From: Vulcanimicrobiota bacterium
Lineage (GTDB): Bacteria; Vulcanimicrobiota; Vulcanimicrobiia; Vulcanimicrobiales; Vulcanimicrobiaceae
Length of the DNA stretch: 64,000 nt
NCBI GenBank assembly: GCA_963777315.1
Contig: CAVZQC010000002.1
Location: forward strand, 544,001 to 608,000
Direction: 5' to 3'
Shown here: in pieces, positions 56,651-64,000 of the stretch
Layout of the letters: each line of letters begins with the position of its first letter
Position numbering within the stretch: the stretch's first letter is position 1
Notes under the pieces: generated by a model
Database searches by the model: none
What the model saw: only the letters and a program-made list of their open reading frames with translations
Told to the model about the DNA's origin: nothing
Position numbers and translations under genes: made by a program

Positions 56651-58065
56651 GTGCCCGCTCCGGCCATCAGTTCGCCGATCCGGCCGCGGTCGATGCGTTC
56701 ACCGTCGAACCGTCCGGCGATCCTTCCGCGATACATGACCAGCACGCGGTCGGCGAGCGCGAGGATCTCGTCGAGCTCGAACGAGATCAGCAAAATCGCG
56801 GTGCCGGCATTGCGGGCTTCGATCAAGCGCGATTGGACGAGCGCTGCCGCTCCCACGTCGATGCCCCGCGTGGGCTGATAGGCCAGCACGAAAGCGGGAT
56901 CGCCGGACAGCGCGCGCCCGACCACGACTTTCTGCTGGTTTCCGCCCGAAAGCGTCTGCACCGGCACGTCGATCGACGCGGCGCGAACGTCGAAGCGCCG
57001 CACTATCGTTTTCGCATCGGCGCGAGCTGCCGGCCGGTCGAGCAGCATGCCGCGCCGGAACTTGGCTTGATGCTGGCGCCCCAGAACCGCGTTGTCGGCC
57101 AACGACCAGCTCAGCACCAGGCCTTCGTGCCGTCGATCCTGCGGAATGACGCCGATTGCGCCGTCGACGGTGATTACACCGCGGTAGGGAATCATGCCGG
57201 CGATCGCGTCGGCAAGCGTGGTTTGCCCGTTGCCTTCAACTCCCGCGATGCCGACGATTTCGCCGGAACGAACCGCGAACCCCAGGTCGCGAATCGCGGT
57301 TGAACCGGTTCCGGCTTCCAGGCGTTCGACTCGAACGCAAGGCGCGAGTTCCGTTGCAACGCGCTGCGCAACGCGCGGAAGCGCTCCGCCCACCATTGCG
57401 CGCGCGACTTCGTCCGTGCTGGTAGCTTGCGTGTCGAAGTGCGCAACGATTTTGCCTTGACGCATCACGCTCACACGCTTGCTGTACGTGATGACTTCAT
57501 GCAGTTTGTGCGTGATGATCAGCACGCCCGTTCCTTGCCGCGCGAGCTCTTCGACCGTCGCAAAGAACGATGCGATCTCCGTGGGCGCAAGCGCCGCAGT
57601 GGGCTCGTCGAGCAGCAGCACGGCCGGCGCGCGATCCAGCTCGCGCAGCAACTCGACGCGCTGCTGCACGCCGATGGGCAGTTCGTCGACCAGCGCGTCG
57701 GGATCGATTGCCAAGCCGTAGCTCTGCGCGAGCGCCCGCACGCGCGCGCGCCCGGCGGCCGCGTCCAGCAGCCAGCCTCTGCGCGGTTCGCGCCCCAGCA
57801 GTACGTTTTGCCATACCGAGAGCCGGCCCACCAGCTGAAAATGCTGATGGACCAGTCCGACGGTGCCGGCGGCAGCGATCGTTCCGGCGTCGGCCGCAAG
57901 CGTGCCGAACGCGATCGTGGCCAGCGTCGATTTGCCTGCGCCGTTTTCGCCGACGAGCGCGTGAATCTCACCCGCACGTACGTCCAAGTCCACGCCGTCG
58001 ACGGCGACGACGCCCGGATACGTCTTGCGGATCCCGCGCAGTTCTAAAGCGCTGCCGGTTTCCAG
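56647..58065 (-). CDS. Nucleoside/sugar ABC ATP-binding protein, tandem domains (probable CTG start)
   Basis: LELRGIRKTYPG upstream of the ORF-track start; GENGAGKST, LDEPT, LSGGNQQK, QPTRGID. Confidence 0.9.
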   Translation of the reverse strand: METGSALELRGIRKTYPGVVAVDGVDLDVRAGEIHALVGENGAGKSTLATIAFGTLAADAGTIAAAGTVGLVHQHFQLVGRLSVWQNVLLGREPRRGWLLDAAAGRARVRALAQSYGLAIDPDALVDELPIGVQQRVELLRELDRAPAVLLLDEPTAALAPTEIASFFATVEELARQGTGVLIITHKLHEVITYSKRVSVMRQGKIVAHFDTQATSTDEVARAMVGGALPRVAQRVATELAPCVRVERLEAGTGSTAIRDLGFAVRSGEIVGIAGVEGNGQTTLADAIAGMIPYRGVITVDGAIGVIPQDRRHEGLVLSWSLADNAVLGRQHQAKFRRGMLLDRPAARADAKTIVRRFDVRAASIDVPVQTLSGGNQQKVVVGRALSGDPAFVLAYQPTRGIDVGAAALVQSRLIEARNAGTAILLISFELDEILALADRVLVMYRGRIAGRFDGERIDRGRIGELMAGAGT

Positions 58066-59075
58066 CTGGCCAAAGCCTCACGGGTATTGGGAACCGTCAA
58101 ACGGCCGGCGACGATTGCGCGCTCGAGCTGCCGCAGGCGCGCGATGTCGGAAGGCGTTACAACGTCGCGCGTGTAGCGAAAATTCGTGAGTGAAATGCCG
58201 CCGTCTTTGAGGCCGAGAATGACGTGGCCCGTCATCGGGCGGCGATCGCGAATCGCGCGCGCGACCTCGAAAACCGCAACGTCGACGTGCTTGACCATCG
58301 ACGTGAGAATCTTGCCCGGAGCCAGCGCGTCCTGATCGTTGTCGACGCCGATGATGTAGTAACCGCGCGCGCGTGCTTTGGCGGCGTCGATGGCGCCTAA
58401 GCCGACCTTGCCCGCAGCGGTGTAGATGATGTCCGCTCCGCCGTTGAAGAGCAGATTGGCCAGCTCTTTGCCGGCTGCGACGTCGTCGAACGAACCGGCA
58501 TATTTCACGTCGACCTTATCGGAGGGATCGATCTCTCGAACGCCGGCCACGTAGCCCGCTTCGAATTTGCGGATCAGCGGAATGTCCTGTCCGCCGATGA
58601 AGGCCAGATGATGGGTGTGCGTGACCATCGCGGCCAGCGCGCCGGCCAAAAACGATCCATCCTCCTCCTTGAACGTCACCGAAACGACGTTGGGCTCGGG
58701 AACGACCGCGTCGATGATCGCGTAGTGCTGGTACTCGAATTGGTGCGCGACTTGCGTGAGATCGTCGCTCATCAAAAAACCGATGGCATAGATCATGTCG
58801 AAGTGCGCTTCGCTCAGAACGGTGAGGTTGGGCTGATAGTCCGCTGCCGACTTGGACTGCAGCACTTTGATGTACGCACGCAGATCTTGACGCGAATGGA
58901 GCAATCCCCGGTACGCGGAATCGTTGAACGACTTGTCCCCCAGGCCGCCCACGTCGGTGACCATTGCCAGCGTCAGCTGACCCGGGCGAGGGCGTGGATG
59001 CGAACGCACGCATCCGCCCAGCGCCATCGCGCACGCGGCCGCGGCAAACGCCACGAGCGCCGCTCTACGCACCAT
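58044..59075 (-). CDS. BMP family ABC substrate-binding lipoprotein
   Basis: LGGC lipobox; DVGGLGDKSFN, GSFLAG, IGVDNDQ, SMVKHVD. Confidence 0.92.
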   Translation of the reverse strand: MVRRAALVAFAAAACAMALGGCVRSHPRPRPGQLTLAMVTDVGGLGDKSFNDSAYRGLLHSRQDLRAYIKVLQSKSAADYQPNLTVLSEAHFDMIYAIGFLMSDDLTQVAHQFEYQHYAIIDAVVPEPNVVSVTFKEEDGSFLAGALAAMVTHTHHLAFIGGQDIPLIRKFEAGYVAGVREIDPSDKVDVKYAGSFDDVAAGKELANLLFNGGADIIYTAAGKVGLGAIDAAKARARGYYIIGVDNDQDALAPGKILTSMVKHVDVAVFEVARAIRDRRPMTGHVILGLKDGGISLTNFRYTRDVVTPSDIARLRQLERAIVAGRLTVPNTREALASWKPAAL

Positions 59076-59156
59076 CGAACGATTGTACGCAAAAACGATG
59101 CCGAAGCCTTGTTACAAGGTTCCATGACCGAGCGCGGCGCAGGGTAAAGTGTGAGT

Positions 59157-60818
59157 GTGCCAGAGACGCAAGCCAAGGACCTCCGCGTTATACCGCCCCG
59201 CCGTTGGTCCGAGGAATTGGGCGGTATCCGTTGGCTGCCGCGTTTGATCGACAAGGCTCGCGCCGCGATGAAAGGCACGCTGGGCGACTACTTGTACGGG
59301 CAAAGCCCGATGGATCGCAGTCTGCTGCGGGCGCTCGGCCTTTCCTATAAAGAATTCACGCAGATCGTGCGCCAAGCGGGTGACGACGACGAAAAGGTGC
59401 TCGCGCTGCTCGACCAGCGCGCGCCCGAGGGCATGGAGCTGGCGCGGCGCTGGAGCCAGCGCCTGGGAAACCGGCACAAACCGTTTTTGTATTTGGTCGA
59501 TCTGGACGACGGCTACATCGGCGGCCCGATGCAGGCGATTCGATCGATCATACGCGTTTTTGCCGGCGCGCTTACGCGCTACGTGCGTTACCGGTGGCCC
59601 GCCCGAGGCTCGCTCATCGGGCTGGAGATCGAAGCCGAACACGCGGGCGCTAAAGCCGAAGCCGCTCGCGGTGCCGAGGAAGAGCCCTACCGCTGGCTGA
59701 CCGCGCAGAACGTGGATCTGAGCTGGAAGATGCTGCTGTCGGTCGTGCTGATCTTTTTGATATTCAGCTATGTGATCCGCTTCATCGAACGAATCGGCCT
59801 TATCTTCATCATCATCATCGGCGCAATTTTTTTCGCCTATTTGGTCTATCCGGTCGTGCGCTGGCTCAACAAGAAGTTGCCGCTGATCCTGGCAATCCTG
59901 CTGGTGTATGCCGTGATCGCGGGCCTGATCGCCTTTGGATTGTTTTATCTGATCCCGGCCATTATGTCCGAGGTGACGACGTTGATCCACGACTGGCCCA
60001 CGATTCAGGGCAAAATCGTCACGGTCATCAACGATCCCAACAATCCGGCGCTCAAGCACGTTCCCGGGGTGCTTCGCACGGAACTGGCCAGGCTGCCGCA
60101 AGAGATACCGCTATGGATTCACCAGCACGGGGCCGCGACCGTCGGAAATGCCATCGTGGTTCTGCTCGGTACGGCCGCTTTCATCGGGGCGTGCGTGGCG
60201 ATTCCGGTGCTGGGAGCGTACCTGCTGTACGATTCGGAAACGATAAAACGGTTCTTCATCGGATTCATACCGGGACGCAAGCGCGACTCCACGCTAATGC
60301 TGCTGGGCGAACTCGAGCAAGTCATCGGGGGATTCATTCGCGGGCAACTGATGGTGGGCGCGTCGGTGGGAGCGCTGATTGCCATTGGGCTTTCTTTGGT
60401 GGGAGAACCGTACGCGATCCTCATCGGAGCGATCGCGGGCGTGCTCGATCTAATACCGTACATCGGTCCGGTGATCGCGGCGATTCCGGCGCTGATCATC
60501 GCGTTCGTTGCGGGCGGCTTCCCGCTGGCGATCAAAGTGGGCATCGTGTTCCTGCTGGCAAATCAAGCCGAAGGGCACATCATCGCGCCCAATATCGTCA
60601 GCCGCACGATCCAGCTCAGTCCCAGCGCAGTCGTCATCGCGATCCTCATCGGCGGAGAGCTGTACGGCGTGCTCGGCATGTTCATCGCCGTCCCGGTTGC
60701 GGGCATCATCCGCGTGCTCTTGCTGCACATCATTCCCGGTTCGGTCAGCCGCGACGAGGCTAAGCCCGTGCTGACCAAGGACGCTCACGATACGGCCGAA
60801 GAGGCGGCCCTCCAATGA
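59157..60818 (+). CDS. AI-2E family transporter with N-terminal DUF5069-like domain
   Basis: N-terminal ELGGIRWLPRLIDKARA...GTLGDY...MD; C-terminal FIRGQL, IPYIGP, EGHIIAP, GMFIAVP. Start 59151 or 59157. Confidence 0.85.
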   Translation: MPETQAKDLRVIPPRRWSEELGGIRWLPRLIDKARAAMKGTLGDYLYGQSPMDRSLLRALGLSYKEFTQIVRQAGDDDEKVLALLDQRAPEGMELARRWSQRLGNRHKPFLYLVDLDDGYIGGPMQAIRSIIRVFAGALTRYVRYRWPARGSLIGLEIEAEHAGAKAEAARGAEEEPYRWLTAQNVDLSWKMLLSVVLIFLIFSYVIRFIERIGLIFIIIIGAIFFAYLVYPVVRWLNKKLPLILAILLVYAVIAGLIAFGLFYLIPAIMSEVTTLIHDWPTIQGKIVTVINDPNNPALKHVPGVLRTELARLPQEIPLWIHQHGAATVGNAIVVLLGTAAFIGACVAIPVLGAYLLYDSETIKRFFIGFIPGRKRDSTLMLLGELEQVIGGFIRGQLMVGASVGALIAIGLSLVGEPYAILIGAIAGVLDLIPYIGPVIAAIPALIIAFVAGGFPLAIKVGIVFLLANQAEGHIIAPNIVSRTIQLSPSAVVIAILIGGELYGVLGMFIAVPVAGIIRVLLLHIIPGSVSRDEAKPVLTKDAHDTAEEAALQ

Positions 60819-61708
60819 GCACCGGCGCAATTGCGCGCAATTTGCAGCGCGTCGACATCGTTGGCGTGCCGATGGATTTAGGGGCCAGCCGGCGCGGTGT
60901 CGACATGGGTCCGTACGCGGTTCGCTATGCCAAGCTCAACGAGCGACTGCACAAACTCAAAGTGGCCGAGATCGTGGATCACGGCAACTTAGCGGTACCG
61001 CTGCGCGAGGAGTACGCGCAGGGCGATCATCGCGCCAAATACTACGACATCATCGACGAAGTGTGCAACCGGCTTGCCGACGAGGTGCAGCACATCGTCG
61101 AAAGCAACGGCTTTCCCATCGTGCTCGGTGGCGACCATTCCATTGCGATGGGCACGCTTGCCGGACTGACGAAAGCGCGCGGCGCGCCGCCGGGATTAGT
61201 ATGGGTCGACGCTCACAGCGACATCAACAGCCCCGAAAGTTCGCCGTCGGGAAACGTGCACGGTATGCCGCTGTGGTTTGCGCTGCAAAGAGGCTATGCT
61301 CAGCCGCATCGCACGGTGCAAATCGGGCTTCGCGACGTCGACGTTACGGAAAAAGAGAACCTGCGCGCTTCGGGCGTGCGAGCGTTTACGATGAGCGACG
61401 TCGACAAGCTGGGAATGACGCACGTCATGGAGCAGACGATTGCAATCGCCGGTGCCGACGGGCGGCCGATTCACATGTCGTTCGACATGGACGGCATCGA
61501 CCCCAGCGAAGCACCCGGAACGGGCACGCCGGTCAAAGGCGGATTGAGCTTTCGCGAAGCGCATCTGGCCATGGAGATGCTGGCCGAATCAGGCTTGCTG
61601 GGGTCGATCGAAATGGTGGAGATCAATCCGATCCTCGATACGCGCAATCAGACGGCCATACTCGCCGTGGGACTGATCTGCTCGGGTTTGGGCAAGTCCA
61701 TTTTGTAG
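60815..61708 (+). CDS. rocF: Arginase
   Basis: [44 protein letters not shown]. Confidence 0.95.
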   Translation: MSTGAIARNLQRVDIVGVPMDLGASRRGVDMGPYAVRYAKLNERLHKLKVAEIVDHGNLAVPLREEYAQGDHRAKYYDIIDEVCNRLADEVQHIVESNGFPIVLGGDHSIAMGTLAGLTKARGAPPGLVWVDAHSDINSPESSPSGNVHGMPLWFALQRGYAQPHRTVQIGLRDVDVTEKENLRASGVRAFTMSDVDKLGMTHVMEQTIAIAGADGRPIHMSFDMDGIDPSEAPGTGTPVKGGLSFREAHLAMEMLAESGLLGSIEMVEINPILDTRNQTAILAVGLICSGLGKSIL

Positions 61709-61771
61709 ACGTCGCGCTATGGCAAACGCAATGCGCTGCCCTAATACATGCTGGTACACGGCAGGGGACCC

Positions 61772-62239
61772 ATGCCCACTAACACGGTAAAGACGCTCGT
61801 TTCAGGGATCGTCATATTTCGAGAGACTACCTGCGACGATACGGAAGCCAAAAAGGAAGACGTACAAAGCGGCCTTATGCGTGCCATGGACGGTAAACGA
61901 TGCAGTAATAGGGCCGCGCTTCACGAAGAATGGGCGGCGAAGTTGGGATTTCCCGACTACGCCGTCCACGGGCGTTGGGACTCGTTCGAACAATGCGTTT
62001 ACGATCTTGATTGGGAGCCGTTCATTTTCGCTTGCCGTATCCTGCTGATTCAGAAAAATGCGGAATGTGTGCTGGAAGATGAGCCGAACGCGCGTGCCAT
62101 ATTTTTGGATATTTTACGCAACGCTCCAGCAGAATTTACATCAAGGCGAACGGAAGTGCAGGCGGCCACTGATGATCAAAAGGCTAGGTTGACTATTGCG
62201 TTCCAGGCCGGTGCCGGCGGTGACGAAAAGCTGAAATGA
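61772..62239 (+). CDS. Barstar-family (RNase inhibitor-like) protein
   Basis: MDGKRC...ALHEEWAAKLGFPDY...WDSFEQCVYDLDW resembles barstar FP.Y.G.NWDAL.DCL.DL.W; lower GC. Confidence 0.7.
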   Translation: MPTNTVKTLVSGIVIFRETTCDDTEAKKEDVQSGLMRAMDGKRCSNRAALHEEWAAKLGFPDYAVHGRWDSFEQCVYDLDWEPFIFACRILLIQKNAECVLEDEPNARAIFLDILRNAPAEFTSRRTEVQAATDDQKARLTIAFQAGAGGDEKLK

Positions 62240-62330
62240 TATGCTAGGGCTTGCAGGCCTCATTTAGCCGGCGTCTCAATAAGTGGGCGCGCAGCGGCCA
62301 AAAGGATCCTTATGTCAAGAAGCTAACGCT

Positions 62331-62757
62331 ATGTCTCAGCAGATCAAGGTAGTATTTCCGATAGAAGAGGGTGCGGAGACAATGTGGGCCGACATATTGC
62401 CAGACGGCAGTTTGAGGCTGGACAATATTCCGCTATTTACCTATGGCTTAAACTACGGTGATGTATTCATCGCTTCGTCTACGGAACACGATCCGAGGCC
62501 AACCTTTCAAAACGTGGTGACGCCGTCGGGAAATGCAACCTATCGCCTAACGATTTTGGAACGAGTTCTCGATGAACGAGCGGATGAGCTGACTTCCATT
62601 GTTGGATAAAATTGACGAATTCGCTGACCAGAAGGCACGCTATGGTCGTGATTATATCGCCTATAATGTGCCTTCCGATCGTGATAGGCAGGCACTGGAA
62701 AGGCTTCTGGACGATGGCGAAGACGCAGGATATTGGGAATGGGAAGTGGCCTCGTGA
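62331..62757 (+). pseudogene. DUF4265-like protein, one extra base near 62591
   Basis: ETMWA...LDNIPLFTYGLNYGDV...SGNATYRL; shifted frame continues PLLDKID...AYNVPSD...GYWEWEVAS-stop; length 427 nt = 3n+1. Confidence 0.7.
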
Positions 62758-62849
62758 AGTGACGTGAGGTCGTTGTGACAGCCGCCGATGTGATGGAGGC
62801 CGGTTGTCAGAATGAACTGTCGGCTATTACAATTCATAACGTGCGCGCC

Positions 62850-63611
62850 CTACAACTTAATCGTCGCAACGCCTTCACAACTCACGCCCCCGCCGCAAAC
62901 GGCTGCATCCCAATTTGCATCGGCCAGTATTTGTTCGATTTGGCGTTCCAACTGCGCGTCTATCGGCGGCTGAAAGTCAACGTGTTTCAGGTGGCCGTCT
63001 TCGCCCACCGTTACTTTGAGCGTCACGTGAACGCTGACGCGCTTTTGCAGCAGTTGCAGCGCGCTCGGGTCCAGCACGGGGTCTTGCGCCGCGCCCAGTG
63101 GCAGCACGCCTCCGCGGTCGGCTACGCCGGCGCCCTCCATTGCATGGCTGCTGATGGTCGCTTCAGGCTGGGGCGTACGCTGCGAAGCACTCTGCGTGGT
63201 GGCCACAGGTACGGAAGTGGCAGGCGCTTGCGCGAGCAGCGGCGCGGGACGGTGCGCGGCAATGTGGTGCGGAGCCGAAGCGACCGTGCCTAAGGGGCCG
63301 TTGACCGCGGTCGGACGCACGAGCGGCTTATGCGTATTGGCCGTCAATTCGTGCCTTCTGCGCGCAAAGCTCACTTTGGCTGCGCGTTTGGTCGTGTCGG
63401 GTACGGCGGTAGGACGACTGGCCGGGGCAAGACGCTCGGTCTGAACGCGGATGACCCGCGCGAACGTGAGCGCTTCCACGGGTTGTGGCCCGCCGGATTG
63501 CGCGGGCATCCATTTGGGAAGTACAAGTGCTAAGAGCAGGTGCAAACCAAGCGACGCCACGAGCGCGCCCCGCAAAAGCCGGTTGCCGTCCCATGCCCGC
63601 GTTATGGCCAT
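62850..63611 (-). CDS. TonB-like membrane-anchored protein
   Basis: N-terminal TM ASLGLHLLL (S-x3-H), Pro/Ala-rich linker, C-terminal VTLKVTVGEDG domain. Confidence 0.55.
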   Translation of the reverse strand: MAITRAWDGNRLLRGALVASLGLHLLLALVLPKWMPAQSGGPQPVEALTFARVIRVQTERLAPASRPTAVPDTTKRAAKVSFARRRHELTANTHKPLVRPTAVNGPLGTVASAPHHIAAHRPAPLLAQAPATSVPVATTQSASQRTPQPEATISSHAMEGAGVADRGGVLPLGAAQDPVLDPSALQLLQKRVSVHVTLKVTVGEDGHLKHVDFQPPIDAQLERQIEQILADANWDAAVCGGGVSCEGVATIKL

Positions 63612-63682
63612 TGCTACCTTGAAAACGAGACTACGGCGGGTGCCGTGACCTGCACCTTTCGCGACCTATCGGGAGAGCCGCC

Positions 63683-63934
63683 TTGCGAGACACCAATATC
63701 GTTTTGTACCAAGCCGAGTGGTGCATGTACTGCGCTCGCGTTCGAGCCAAGATGACGCAGCTGCTGCTCGATTACAAAGTGGTCAACATGCCCACGGATC
63801 ATTCCGAGCGCGGCATACTGAAAGAGATTTCCGGTCAAACCGGCATCCCGGTCATGGTAGATGGGGACGTCGTGCTCGACGACGATGACGAGATCGTACC
63901 GTATCTAGAGAAGAAGTATCCGCTCAACGCGTGA
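63683..63934 (+). CDS. Glutaredoxin-like protein
   Basis: LYQAEWCMYC, SGQTGIPVMVD. Confidence 0.88.
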   Translation: MRDTNIVLYQAEWCMYCARVRAKMTQLLLDYKVVNMPTDHSERGILKEISGQTGIPVMVDGDVVLDDDDEIVPYLEKKYPLNA

Positions 63935-64000
63935 GGGCGACCAGCGCAGCGGCTACTCCGGCGCCCGTGAGGGTGGCGCACGCGTTCACCGCATCGTTGT
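63924..64000 (-). CDS. C-terminus of a probable DUF92 (TMEM19-like) membrane protein (partial)
   Basis: Manual translation NDAVNACATLTGAGVAAALVALTR-stop. Confidence 0.5.
   Translation of the reverse strand, partial: NDAVNACATLTGAGVAAALVALTR

Noticed and set aside
1..64000. CRISPR arrays, rRNA/tRNA genes, transposases, prophage
   Set aside because: None recognised by eye; intergenic gaps are short. A tRNAscan/Infernal run would be needed to exclude small RNAs.

Overview
64-kb, GC-rich, gene-dense bacterial chromosomal segment from a diderm (ADP-heptose/LPS genes, outer-membrane barrels, futalosine-type menaquinone genes). The gene mix tentatively suggests Eremiobacterota/Vulcanimicrobiota, which is my inference and unverified. 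Housekeeping genes (aspS, hisS, accB, pnp, rpsO, split transketolase, polX, ilvE, arginase) alternate with accessory modules. No rRNA, tRNA, CRISPR array or mobile element was recognised. The most notable locus (29.7-37.0 kb) encodes a Cyc2-like monoheme cytochrome/porin fusion in an operon with two type-1 copper lipoproteins, a SCO copper chaperone and an OmpR-family two-component system, next to a TPR protein and a divergent TonB-dependent receptor. Two of its promoters share an 11-bp-period TTCA direct repeat placed 9-10 bp upstream of a -10 box. It is a candidate regulated cell-surface metal-oxidation or electron-uptake system. Other points: many probable leaderless genes, two probable CTG starts, a YtrA operon with a palindromic operator and two unannotated small ORFs, an orphan PqqD/RRE protein, a degenerate ABC ATPase, an M48-RDD protein with RExxH, a DUF5069-AI-2E fusion, a low-GC islet of orphan immunity genes, and four single-base frameshifts that are probably assembly errors. 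All family calls come from motif recognition by eye, not database searches.
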